From: a bacterium
GTDB taxonomy: Bacteria > Babelota > Babeliae > Babelales > JAUWHS01
Length of the DNA stretch: 18,480 nucleotides
NCBI GenBank assembly: GCA_043818275.1
Contig: JBDRFY010000041.1
Span: forward strand, 1 to 18,480
Direction of reading: 5' to 3'
Part shown: one piece after another, positions 1 to 8,497 of the stretch
Position numbering within the stretch: position 1 is the stretch's first letter
Layout: each line of letters opens with the position of its first letter
Program-made: the position numbers and the translations under genes
The notes under the pieces: model-generated
What the model saw: only the letters and a program-made list of their open reading frames with translations
Databases searched by the model: none
What the model was told of the DNA's origin: nothing

Positions 1-138
1 CTACGGAGGATATTCTTTGTAGCTTTAGCGAAAGAGAAAAAGCTTCGAAGGGTTCTACCCCGCCATTCATCCCAAGGCTTCCTCCTTCGCTAAAGCTTCG
101 GAGGACAAGAAAGCCTAGGGTATTCTGGCGAAGTAGAA
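1..138. repeat. Cluster of nested REP-like palindromes: partial family-B copy at 1-10, family-B copies at 13-38 and 80-105, and a larger hairpin at 53-138 enclosing the 80-105 copy
   Basis: 13-38 reads TTCTTT-GTAG-CTTTAG-CGAA-AGAGAA. 80-105 on the minus strand reads TCCTCC-GAAG-CTTTAG-CGAA-GGAGGA. The outer stems are TTCTAC/GTAGAA (53-58/133-138), CGCCA/TGGCG and CCC-A-AGGCTT/AAGCCT-A-GGG. Confidence 0.85.
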
Positions 139-142
139 TAAT

Positions 143-781
143 CTAAATATTTTTCCAAAAAGAAAGTTTTCTGATCTTTTTGCCAAGCGCGTATTCTTTT
201 AAATCTTGCAAATATTTTTCAACCTTTTTTTCCGGTTCCCACATCTCAGTTACCCAATAAACAAGCTCTGCATTTTTATAATCTGAATTTGCTTTAAACA
301 TTCTGCAAAGTTCAACTTCATCCATAGCCGCTCTACTAACAAATAAATCAATATCTCCTTTTGTTGTTCTTAAAAATGTTCTCCAGTCTATTTCACAAAT
401 TTCAACATCTTTTAAATCCAGTTCTTCAAGTAAAAAATGCAAAAATTCCTGTTTTTTATGATTAGTCTCAATTAACAACACCGCCAAATGCGGATAAAGA
501 ATTTTTAATGGAATTGCAGGAAAGCCAGCGCCAGCCCCAATATCAGCAATACTTTTTATTTTTTTTAAATCTTTAAATTTTGTCAAAGCCATAGAATCAA
601 TAAAATGTTGTCTGACAACACCTGATAAATCTTTGATAGCAGTTAAATTAATCTTTTGATTCCATTCATCCAAAATTTCATAATATTTCTTAAACTGATT
701 TATTTGGTCATCTGTCAAATTTTGTTCTTCCTTAAATTCTGCCCACACTTTTTCAGGATCTTTTTGCCTAATTTTTTTCAT
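143..781 (-). CDS. rsmG: 16S rRNA (guanine(527)-N7)-methyltransferase RsmG/GidB
   Basis: Motifs WNQKINLTAI, HFIDS, DIGAGAGFPAIPLKI and VSRA. ATG at 781 is preferred over GTG at 787 because AAGGA lies 7 nt upstream of it. Confidence 0.95.
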   Translation of the reverse strand: MKKIRQKDPEKVWAEFKEEQNLTDDQINQFKKYYEILDEWNQKINLTAIKDLSGVVRQHFIDSMALTKFKDLKKIKSIADIGAGAGFPAIPLKILYPHLAVLLIETNHKKQEFLHFLLEELDLKDVEICEIDWRTFLRTTKGDIDLFVSRAAMDEVELCRMFKANSDYKNAELVYWVTEMWEPEKKVEKYLQDLKEYALGKKIRKLSFWKNI

Positions 782-809
782 AATCACGTCCTTAATTATG
801 TATTGATAG

Positions 810-818
810 ATTTTAGCA
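810..818 (-). promoter_or_regulatory. Putative extended -10 promoter element (TGCTAAAAT) for rsmG
   Basis: TGn-TAAAAT lies about 30 nt upstream of the start. The same motif class occurs upstream of the ligase gene, secD and the gene at 14624. Confidence 0.5.
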
Positions 819-886
819 TTAAATCTTTGTTAGAGTATCAGTATAAATGGATTGGTAAATTTATTAATAAACCATGGGGTAAAATC

Positions 887-1651
887 ATGAAAAAAATAAA
901 AAAACTGGCAATTGTAGTATCAATTGTAAATATTTTTACACTTAATTTAATCAAACCTGACAACCGAATCGTAATTTATCTTAAAAATGCTCCGCAAAAA
1001 GCCATAACATTAGTTGAACAAGATGCCCAAAAAGAAAAACTAATAAAAAAAATAGAAAAACTTAATCAAAAAACACCTTCTCAGATAAACAACAAATTTT
1101 TAAAAGGTGAATTAAGAAAAATATTGCAGCCAAATCTTAATGGCTTTATCGCTCTTTATGCCGGTTATATGGATTATTCTAATGCAAATGGACTAATCTC
1201 TTTTCCTTTAAGACATACAGAACCAAAAATTTACGTCGCAATAACCCCAAGAATTAATTTAGTTAAATTAAAAGAAAATACGATTTCACATGCAGAATAT
1301 GTTTTGGATGATGAAAACGTAAAAACCGAAATTTACAAATTTGAAAAAAAGAAAGACAATAAAGGGCATTCTTTTTGGCATTCAGAAAAACAAAATATTC
1401 TTGATAAAAAAATAAATTCTTTAACCGTTGTAATTTTGTCAAAACCAAATAATTTTTATGTTGCCCTTGGAGATTTTTTATCAAATGACAGCAAACAAAT
1501 TGTTTTGAATGATAATATTTATGTTTTAGGTAAAAATGCTCAACGAGAAATTCTTTTAAACACTCTTGATATCAAAAGATTTTTTGAACCAATTGATCTG
1601 CAAGAACGCAAAATTGGAGAAGTGAAACAAGAAATGATTATGAATACTTAA
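887..1651 (+). CDS. Hypothetical exported protein (254 aa) with an N-terminal signal peptide or anchor
   Basis: Open frame starting MKKIKKLAIVVSIVNIFTLNL at ATG 887, with GGGG 7 nt upstream. The longer start at 656 overlaps rsmG and is unlikely. Confidence 0.75.
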   Translation: MKKIKKLAIVVSIVNIFTLNLIKPDNRIVIYLKNAPQKAITLVEQDAQKEKLIKKIEKLNQKTPSQINNKFLKGELRKILQPNLNGFIALYAGYMDYSNANGLISFPLRHTEPKIYVAITPRINLVKLKENTISHAEYVLDDENVKTEIYKFEKKKDNKGHSFWHSEKQNILDKKINSLTVVILSKPNNFYVALGDFLSNDSKQIVLNDNIYVLGKNAQREILLNTLDIKRFFEPIDLQERKIGEVKQEMIMNT

Positions 1652-3111
1652 ACATGTTTTTGTTTTATTGCTGCTTTATCGCTCATTATATTTATTAAAT
1701 TTGTTGTTGAATATCCTTTTTGGTAATTAACAATATGCACTCTACCACCTTGAGAAATTACAAATTCCCCTCCCGCAACATCTTCTATTTTGTAATCTCC
1801 ACCTTTCACTAAAACATCTGGTTTTAAAAATTGAATTAATTCTGCGGGAGTATCCTGATCAAAAGAGGTTACAAAATCAACGACTTCAATTGCCTCCATC
1901 AATTTCGCACGATCAGACAAAGGATTAATTGGCCTAGTTACACCTTTATATCTTTTAACAGAATCATCCGTGTTTAAGGCAACAACTAAAACAGCACCCT
2001 GTTTTTTTGCTTCCTGCAAAGAAAAAATATGGCCAACATGCAAAATATCAAAGGATCCATTTGTAAAAACAATTTTTTTATTTTGTTTTTTCAGTTGATC
2101 AATTTTATTTTTTAATTCTTCCCAATCATCAATAATTTTACTACGTTCTTCTTTCAATTCTTCTAAAACTTCATCAAGACCAACTGAATATGTTTTTAAA
2201 TGCGATATGGCAATTGATGCAGCCAGGTTTGCAAGAGTTAAAGTTTTTTCAATTGGTAATGAGGCGGCAAAACCAAAACCCAAAAAAGAAAAAACTGTAT
2301 CCCCCGCACCTGTTAAATCATAAACCTCTTTTTTATTTGCTGGAATAAAAATAGAATCTGTTTTTGATATAAACTGAATTCCTTTTTCACCAAGGGTTAC
2401 AAATAATCCAGTAAGTTGTAATATATCACAAATTTTTCGACCATTAATTACAATTGAATCATCCGAATTTAATTTAAAAAAATTAATCAAAGCTTTAAAT
2501 TCCTTTGCGTTGGGTTTTAAATAATTTACACAGCAATATTTATCAAAATCCGGACCCTTTGGATCAACCAAAATCAAACATTTTTTTTCTCTGGCTTTTT
2601 TTATAATTTTTTCTAAAAGAATTGGCGTTACAATACCTTTTGCATAATCAGAAATTAAAATAACAGAATCGGGTTTTATCAAATTATTAAATTTTTCAAT
2701 AATTTGATTTTGAAGATCACCTGAAATTAAAGAATTATTTTCTGTATCCAGTCTTAATAATTGATGATGACCGGCCATTACTCTATTTTTACATATGGTA
2801 TTGCGTTGATTTGTTTTTACTAATCCTTCTTGCGAAATATTTTTTTCATTTAATAAAGAAATTAATTTTTGCCCACTTAAATCTTTATCATTAATTACAC
2901 CAATTAAATCAACTTCAAGACCAATTTTTTTGCAATTTGAGGCAACGTTTGCAGCGCCACCCAAACTCCATTCTGTTTTTTCTTTTTTAACAACCACAAC
3001 CGGTGCTTCAGGCGAAATGCGATCAACATTACCAAAAAAATATTCGTCGATCATAACATCACCAATGATTAAAACATTTTTGGTTTTTAAATTTTTAATC
3101 CCTGAAAACAT
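1648..3111 (-). CDS. hldE: Bifunctional D-glycero-beta-D-manno-heptose-7-phosphate kinase / heptose-1-phosphate adenylyltransferase HldE (RfaE)
   Basis: PfkB kinase motifs GDVMIDEY..G.VDRISPEAPV, GGAANVA, SDYAKG and DLTGAGDT. C-terminal nucleotidyltransferase motifs FTNGSFDILHVGH and KPDVLVKGGDY. GGGAG Shine-Dalgarno upstream. Confidence 0.96.
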   Translation of the reverse strand: MFSGIKNLKTKNVLIIGDVMIDEYFFGNVDRISPEAPVVVVKKEKTEWSLGGAANVASNCKKIGLEVDLIGVINDKDLSGQKLISLLNEKNISQEGLVKTNQRNTICKNRVMAGHHQLLRLDTENNSLISGDLQNQIIEKFNNLIKPDSVILISDYAKGIVTPILLEKIIKKAREKKCLILVDPKGPDFDKYCCVNYLKPNAKEFKALINFFKLNSDDSIVINGRKICDILQLTGLFVTLGEKGIQFISKTDSIFIPANKKEVYDLTGAGDTVFSFLGFGFAASLPIEKTLTLANLAASIAISHLKTYSVGLDEVLEELKEERSKIIDDWEELKNKIDQLKKQNKKIVFTNGSFDILHVGHIFSLQEAKKQGAVLVVALNTDDSVKRYKGVTRPINPLSDRAKLMEAIEVVDFVTSFDQDTPAELIQFLKPDVLVKGGDYKIEDVAGGEFVISQGGRVHIVNYQKGYSTTNLINIMSDKAAIKQKHV

Positions 3112-3229
3112 TATTAAACCACTCCCATTTCATTAAAAACTTGCGGTTAAATTAATTTTTTAGATAAACATTGTTGTATAGTTTATTAATAAATTTTAAT
3201 TATAAAAGAAAAATATAAGGAGTTTAATA

Positions 3230-3850
3230 ATGGAATTGCAAATTTCATATGATATGCCAAGCCTGGATCAGGCTTTAAATATTGCAAAACATACAGCAGA
3301 ATTTGCAGACATCCTGGAAGTTGGATCACCATTAATTTTAAAAGAAGGTGTAAAATCTGTTTGCGAATTTAAAAAAAATTTTCCTGATAAAAAAATCTTT
3401 GCTGATATCAAAATGGTTGACCGCATAGAAACAATAAAAATTTTTACTGACTGCGGAGCTAAAATAATTTCTGTACTGTGTGCTACAAGTCATTACGTAA
3501 TTCAAAAAGCTGCAAATATTGCTCATGATAACGGCGCAAAATTGGCTCTCGATTTACTTGGTGATTATTCTATGGGGCAAATTGCAATGGATGCAAAAGC
3601 ATTAAATGTAGACATTTTAATATTGCATAGACCTCATGAAGACGGAACAGTTATAAATATATTAGATGAATGGGAAACAATTAGGGGAAATACAGATCTT
3701 CCAATTTTTTTAGCTGGTGGCATTAGCAGAAAAAACATTGATAAAGTTCTTGAACTAAAACCTGAAGGAATTATAATTGGAACCTCAATTACTCAGGCAA
3801 ACAATCCTGCAAAAGAGGCTGAATATTTTAGATCGTTGATAAAAAAATAA
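3230..3850 (+). CDS. Orotidine-5'-phosphate decarboxylase/HUMPS-family TIM-barrel protein (3-hexulose-6-phosphate synthase / KGPDC-like)
   Basis: Motifs MELQISYD, ILEVGSP, ADIKMVD (DxKxxD), AGGI and IIGTSIT. AAGGAG Shine-Dalgarno. Confidence 0.85.
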   Translation: MELQISYDMPSLDQALNIAKHTAEFADILEVGSPLILKEGVKSVCEFKKNFPDKKIFADIKMVDRIETIKIFTDCGAKIISVLCATSHYVIQKAANIAHDNGAKLALDLLGDYSMGQIAMDAKALNVDILILHRPHEDGTVINILDEWETIRGNTDLPIFLAGGISRKNIDKVLELKPEGIIIGTSITQANNPAKEAEYFRSLIKK

Positions 3851-3871
3851 TATCAAATAAAGGCTGCAAAA

Positions 3872-4471
3872 ATGGAAATACCTAAATATGAAGTTCAGGA
3901 ACAATTAAAACCCTCTGGTTTGGATGGGATTTCTGATGAACAAATAAATGACCATTGGAAATTGTACGAAGGTTATGTCAAACAAAGCAACCAATTAAAT
4001 GAAGATCTAAAAAATTTAGAAGAAAAAGGTGATGGAAATAGTTTGTTGTACGCTGATAGAAAAAGAAGATATGGATTTGAATACAATGGCATGATTTTAC
4101 ATCAATACTATTTTGGAAATTTAAAATCAAATCAAAAGTTAACTGATGAAAGTAAATTAAAAAAAACAATTGAAAATCAATGGGGATCTTTTGAAAATTG
4201 GACTCAAGATTTTGCAAACACAGGAAAAACAAGAAGTATTGGCTGGGCAATTTTGTATCTTGATCCAGTAACCGGAAATTTAACAAATCATTTTATTCAA
4301 GAACATGGAAATGGAATTATAGCAGGCTTTGTTCCAATTTTAGTTATGGATATTTGGGAACATGCATACATGGTTGATCATAAATCTGGCGGACGTTCGG
4401 ATTATATACAAGCTTTTATGAAAAATATCAATTGGTCAAAAGTTGAAAAACGATTTACTAAATCAAAATAA
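3872..4471 (+). CDS. Fe/Mn superoxide dismutase
   Basis: Metal-ligand motifs DHWKLYEGYV, NGMILHQYYF and VMDIWEHAY, plus IGWAIL and FMKNINW. Confidence 0.93.
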   Translation: MEIPKYEVQEQLKPSGLDGISDEQINDHWKLYEGYVKQSNQLNEDLKNLEEKGDGNSLLYADRKRRYGFEYNGMILHQYYFGNLKSNQKLTDESKLKKTIENQWGSFENWTQDFANTGKTRSIGWAILYLDPVTGNLTNHFIQEHGNGIIAGFVPILVMDIWEHAYMVDHKSGGRSDYIQAFMKNINWSKVEKRFTKSK

Positions 4472-4497
4472 AAAAAGCCAGAAAAATGCAGTTTTTT

Positions 4498-6276
4498 TTA
4501 TTTCTTCTTCTTCCCTTTTTTTTCTTTTTCAAATTGTAGCTTATAAAGTTCTTTTATTTCTTTAACGGTTGTTGCATCTTGCGCCGCTTTATCTTGCCTA
4601 TAACCCATAATTCTTGGAAACCGCAAAGCAAAACCAGGTCCTTCTTTTGTCAATCCCGCGGTATGCAATGGAGACTGTGTTATTTCATCAGCGCGAATTT
4701 CACAAACAATTTTAGGTTCACACCAAACATCAGGGTAAAGCTCTTTGGCGCATTCAACATTTTTTGGTTTATTTGCTACTTTAATTTCATCACACATTTT
4801 TTTCTGTTCTTTCCACTGTTTATCAGTAAGTCCTGTTCCCATTTTTGCTATAGTTTCAAAATTATCATCTTTTTTATTGTAAACACCAACAAGTAAAGCG
4901 CCAATACCGAAAGAAACTCGTTTTCCTTTGCCATGATAATAACCTAAAATTACACAATCAATTGAATCAGAGAGTTCCCCACCTTCTTCTCTTTTTAATT
5001 TAATCCAGTTAAAATTACGTTTTCCCGGTTGATAAACTGCATCTGGTCTTTTTGCAACAATACCCTCTAAACCAACTGTAATATTTTCATTAAAATATTT
5101 TTCTAATTCTTCAGATGTATCTATTTTTTCTTCATCGATTGGAAGCAAAATATTTTGTTTTTTAATTGTTCCTGATTTAAAAAGATTAAGTAATTCTTTT
5201 CTTCGTTCATGATAAGGTTGATCAAGATATGATTTGTTATTCAAAAATAAAACATCAAACAAAAATAATTTTAATGGAAATTCTTTAGCCATCTCTTCTA
5301 TCGCATATTTTCTTTTTCTTTTTACTGTTTCCTGGAACGGTAAAAAATTACCTGTCTCTTCATCAAAAGCAATTGCCTCACCTTCCGAAATCAAATTTTT
5401 AACACTTAATTTTTCTACAATTTTTTTTAAATCCGGAAACATATAAGACATATCTTGTAAATTTCTTGAATAAAAATGAATTTTTGGAATTTTTGTATGC
5501 TTATCAACATGAACCTGCAACCGAAAGCCATCAAGTTTCGGTTGAGCTATACACTTTCCAATTTTTTTCAATATTGCTTTAGAGTTTTCTAATCTTTCGG
5601 CAGCTGCTGGTCTAATTGGAATTCCTGGAATTATTTTCATATGCCGTATAGCTTTTATTCCATCTTCTTTTAATGTTTTTACAATTAAACCAATATCAAC
5701 TGAAACATTATATGCATCTTCCAAAGCTTTTCGTAAAGATTTATCCCCTAATTCCATCCATGAAAAAGCATCAAGCAAAGTCATATCTGAAAAACCAAGG
5801 CGTAATTTTCCAATAATTATTCGAACGACATATTTTGCTGAAATTGCATCAAGATTATGTAATAATTCTAATAAAATTTTTTCTTTTTTTTCCTGGGCAC
5901 CAGTCCCTGAAATTTTTTCAAATTCATGCAATTCTTGTTCTACATCTTTTATTGATAATTCTTTTTTTATTCTTGATTTATAATTTTCCTTTTCAAAAAT
6001 CAACCCTAAATCACCTGCTCTAGTTGCCGATGATTTTATTTTACTCTCACTTAAATCCAAAAGTTTACCTAAAACTTTTAGCATGTTTTTTTCAGCAAAA
6101 TTAAATTGAGTTCCAATATATGTAGGATTTAATTCCCCCAAAGACATATACGAAATTATTGCCGCTTCATTTGGAGATACCTTTTTTAAGAGTTCAGCCA
6201 AAAGCCTGGTAATTTTTGTACGAGAAGATTCTTTTTCAATTTCATTAAAGACTTGAGCCACTTCTATAAATTTCAT
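4498..6276 (-). CDS. ATP-dependent DNA ligase (DNA-binding, adenylation and OB domains; archaeal/LigB-like)
   Basis: Motif I KLDGFR, EGEAIA, LFLFDVL, EGIVAK, WIKLK and ALRFPR. N-terminal DNA-binding domain segment GKLRLGFSD. Confidence 0.95.
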   Translation of the reverse strand: MKFIEVAQVFNEIEKESSRTKITRLLAELLKKVSPNEAAIISYMSLGELNPTYIGTQFNFAEKNMLKVLGKLLDLSESKIKSSATRAGDLGLIFEKENYKSRIKKELSIKDVEQELHEFEKISGTGAQEKKEKILLELLHNLDAISAKYVVRIIIGKLRLGFSDMTLLDAFSWMELGDKSLRKALEDAYNVSVDIGLIVKTLKEDGIKAIRHMKIIPGIPIRPAAAERLENSKAILKKIGKCIAQPKLDGFRLQVHVDKHTKIPKIHFYSRNLQDMSYMFPDLKKIVEKLSVKNLISEGEAIAFDEETGNFLPFQETVKRKRKYAIEEMAKEFPLKLFLFDVLFLNNKSYLDQPYHERRKELLNLFKSGTIKKQNILLPIDEEKIDTSEELEKYFNENITVGLEGIVAKRPDAVYQPGKRNFNWIKLKREEGGELSDSIDCVILGYYHGKGKRVSFGIGALLVGVYNKKDDNFETIAKMGTGLTDKQWKEQKKMCDEIKVANKPKNVECAKELYPDVWCEPKIVCEIRADEITQSPLHTAGLTKEGPGFALRFPRIMGYRQDKAAQDATTVKEIKELYKLQFEKEKKGKKKK

Positions 6277-6313
6277 AATAAAAATCCTTTTTTATAATTT
6301 TTTATCTAAAAAA

Positions 6314-6322
6314 AGATTAGCA
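6314..6322 (-). promoter_or_regulatory. Putative extended -10 element (TGCTAATCT) for the ligase gene
   Basis: TGn-TAATCT lies about 38 nt upstream of ATG 6276. The identical 9-mer occurs upstream of secD (8472-8480). Confidence 0.45.
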
Positions 6323-6337
6323 TAAAAAAATGACAAT

Positions 6338-6368
6338 AAAAAAAGACGGAGTTTTAAAAACTCCGTCT
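6338..6368 (-). terminator. Intrinsic terminator downstream of tRNA-Met
   Basis: Perfect stem AGACGGAGTTTT/AAAACTCCGTCT (6344-6368), followed by a T-run on the minus strand. Confidence 0.85.
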
Positions 6369-6380
6369 CAATAATTTAAA

Positions 6381-6457
6381 TGGTAGCGACGCAGGGACTC
6401 GAACCCCGGACCTACGGATTATGATTCCGCCGCTCTAACCAGCTGAGCTACGTCGCC
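6381..6457 (-). tRNA. tRNA-Met(CAT), elongator type
   Basis: Cloverleaf GGCGACG...CGTCGCT-A-CCA with anticodon arm GCGGA-AT-CAT-AA-TCCGT and T-loop TTCGAGT. It has G1.U72 and lacks the GGG/CCC initiator stem. Confidence 0.93.
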
Positions 6458-6688
6458 ACATAATATTTCAAGAACCATTATTTGCGGAGCCTGCCCCGCG
6501 TGTCCGCCGAAGTTTTAACGAAGGCGGAAGTTCATCGAGGGGTCGCCACATAATATTTCAAGATTCCTCGCTCAGTTCAAAATAAATCCTGATCATCCTG
6601 AGCCTGTCGAAGGACACATAATATTTCAATAATAATATCGCAATTTTTTTCACCTACTTGTCCGCCGAAGTTTTAACGAAGGCGGAAG
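6452..6688. repeat. Repeat-rich tRNA-Met leader: three direct copies of CACATAATATTTCAA interleaved with REP-like hairpins
   Basis: The 15-mer occurs at 6457-6471, 6547-6561 and 6615-6629, and the 22-mer GTCGCCACATAATATTTCAAGA at 6452-6473 and 6542-6563. An identical 30-mer TGTCCGCCGAAGTTTTAACGAAGGCGGAAG occurs at 6501-6530 and 6659-6688. A family-A hairpin lies at 6586-6614. Confidence 0.9.
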
Positions 6689-6698
6689 GGATCGCCAA

Positions 6699-8348
6699 TT
6701 AAATTTTTATGCTTTTTATTTTTGAATTATCCAAAATAAAATCAAAAATCGAATGTAAGAAATAAACGCCCGAAAGAACTGTAGCTATTATACCAACCAT
6801 CAAAGTTACGGCAAAACCCCTGATCGCCGGACCACCAAATTTAAATAAGACAACTCCAGTTAAAAAAGTGGTTATATTTGAATCCAAAATAACAACCATC
6901 GCGCCACTAAAACCATCGCTTAATGCTTTGCGATAGGTTGCTCCGGTTTGAAGTTCTTCTTTAATTTTTTCATAAATTAAAATGGACGCATCAATCGCCA
7001 TACCAATAGTAAGAACCATTCCAGCGATACCTGGCAAAGTTAATGTTGCTTCAAAATAAGACAAGAACAACAAAATCAAAAATAAATTGAAAAACAACGC
7101 CAGAAAGGCAAAAATTCCTGCAAGTTTGTAATAAAAAATACTAAAACCAAATAATAAAAGAAGAGCAACTAAACAAGAAATTAATCCCTTTCTAATCGAG
7201 TCTTGCCCTAATGATGCACCAACCCTATTTTCCTGTTCAAATTTTAATGGAGCAAGAAGCGCTCCCGATCTTAAAACAAGGGCCAAATCTTTTGCTTCTA
7301 TTTGGTTTGAAATTCCAGTTATTCTACCATTTCCACCAATCGCTGATTGAATTGTGGGAGAAGAAAACATAACATCATCAATTATAATTCCCAAACTTCT
7401 ACCAATATTATTTCCGGTTAATTCTCTAAAATCTCTTGCTCCCATTGCATCTAATTGAAATGCAACTTCAACTCTGTTAAATTCATCAAAACTTATTCTT
7501 GCATCAACAATATGATCTCCTGTTAAATCTGGAAATGCAGAAACTAAATACCATCGGCCAACCTCTTCATCTTCATCATAATTTTTACGATTGTTTTTTC
7601 CGACAACAATTGTTTTATCTGGTGGAAGTTCACCATCATATTCGTCAAGAAGTTCTTCTTTAGTTGATCCTTCTTTTTCAACAATTTTAAATTCAAGCAA
7701 AGCCGTTTTTGTAATAACTGATTTAACTCTTTCGGGATCATCAACTCCTGGCATTTGAACAACAACCTGTTTTTCACCATGTTGTTGCACAGTTATTCCT
7801 TCAACGCCAAAACCACTAAGTCTGTTACTTAAAACGCTTACGGCTTGTTCCACCGCTCCTGTTCTGATTCTTTGTTCTTCAACTGGAGTCAAAGTACAAA
7901 TTAAATCATTATCTTTCAACACTACTCTTAATGTTGGGACTTCTGCCCGAATAAGGTTGTAACAAACTTTAGCATTATCTTCATCATCAAAATCTAAATT
8001 CAATGATGTTTTAATAACATCCATTTTTTTAGGTAAAACTTTTAAACCCTTTTTTTTGAATAAATCAGTTAAGGCTTTTTTTTCAAGGCCTAAACGGTTT
8101 TCAATTGCTTTATCAACTTCCACACCCAAAACAAGATATGTGCCCCCCTGCAAATCAATTCCTAATTTTAATCGTGGCATTTTAATCGCGCCCAAATATT
8201 TTTTAACAATATTTGTAAACCCTGAAACAGGACCAACTTTTTCCAGCGCTTTGGTGTTAAACGAAAATAAAAAATATGATCCAACTACCAAAACAGCAAT
8301 CCAAAACATTAATTTTGAAAAAATCATATGAACGACACGAGTATTCAT
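6699..8348 (-). CDS. secD: Protein translocase subunit SecD
   Basis: Motifs KLGIDLQGG, VQMPGV, TALLEFKIV, LRSGALLAP, VGASLG, TLPGIAGMVLTIGMAIDA and DSNITT. ATG 8348 has GGGAG 7 nt upstream, whereas the 8384 start falls inside a repeat hairpin. Confidence 0.96.
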   Translation of the reverse strand: MNTRVVHMIFSKLMFWIAVLVVGSYFLFSFNTKALEKVGPVSGFTNIVKKYLGAIKMPRLKLGIDLQGGTYLVLGVEVDKAIENRLGLEKKALTDLFKKKGLKVLPKKMDVIKTSLNLDFDDEDNAKVCYNLIRAEVPTLRVVLKDNDLICTLTPVEEQRIRTGAVEQAVSVLSNRLSGFGVEGITVQQHGEKQVVVQMPGVDDPERVKSVITKTALLEFKIVEKEGSTKEELLDEYDGELPPDKTIVVGKNNRKNYDEDEEVGRWYLVSAFPDLTGDHIVDARISFDEFNRVEVAFQLDAMGARDFRELTGNNIGRSLGIIIDDVMFSSPTIQSAIGGNGRITGISNQIEAKDLALVLRSGALLAPLKFEQENRVGASLGQDSIRKGLISCLVALLLLFGFSIFYYKLAGIFAFLALFFNLFLILLFLSYFEATLTLPGIAGMVLTIGMAIDASILIYEKIKEELQTGATYRKALSDGFSGAMVVILDSNITTFLTGVVLFKFGGPAIRGFAVTLMVGIIATVLSGVYFLHSIFDFILDNSKIKSIKI

Positions 8349-8383
8349 CAAAAAACTCCCTGTTATTATTTTTACTACTCTCA

Positions 8384-8408
8384 TCCGTCTTCGTTACTCT
8401 TCGACGGG
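8384..8408 (-). repeat. Family-B REP-like hairpin upstream of secD
   Basis: Minus strand reads CCCGTC-GAAG-AGTAA-CGAA-GACGGA. Confidence 0.7.
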
Positions 8409-8497
8409 ACAATTTATTTAATTTACTAAAACATTAAATCCTTCGTTCCTCAAAATTCCTCTGGAAAAACAAGATTAGCAGGCAAAAAAATGGCCTG

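Noticed and set aside
656..886. N-terminal extension of the 656-1651 ORF
   Set aside because: It overlaps rsmG on the opposite strand. The signal peptide and Shine-Dalgarno indicate a start at 887.
6381..6457. Initiator tRNA-fMet or tRNA-Ile2(CAT)
   Set aside because: There is no C1:A72 mismatch and no GGG/CCC anticodon stem. The acceptor stem GGC.../...GCT-A fits elongator Met better, though Ile2 is not formally excluded without a model search.
6452..6563. attL/attR of an element integrated at tRNA-Met
   Set aside because: The duplication covers the 5' leader and only 6 nt of the tRNA, spans 90 bp, and no integrase is present.
6457..6629. Possible mini CRISPR array (three direct repeats with spacers)
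   Set aside because: The repeat is only 15-22 nt and non-palindromic, the spacers are unequal (75 and 53 nt) and contain genomic hairpin repeats, and there are no cas genes.
8349..8384. Longer secD start at 8384 (and likewise the 13098 start of the PNPOx-like gene)
   Set aside because: These ATGs fall in repeat hairpins. The downstream ATGs at 8348 and 13068 have Shine-Dalgarno-like sequences and give family-typical N-termini.
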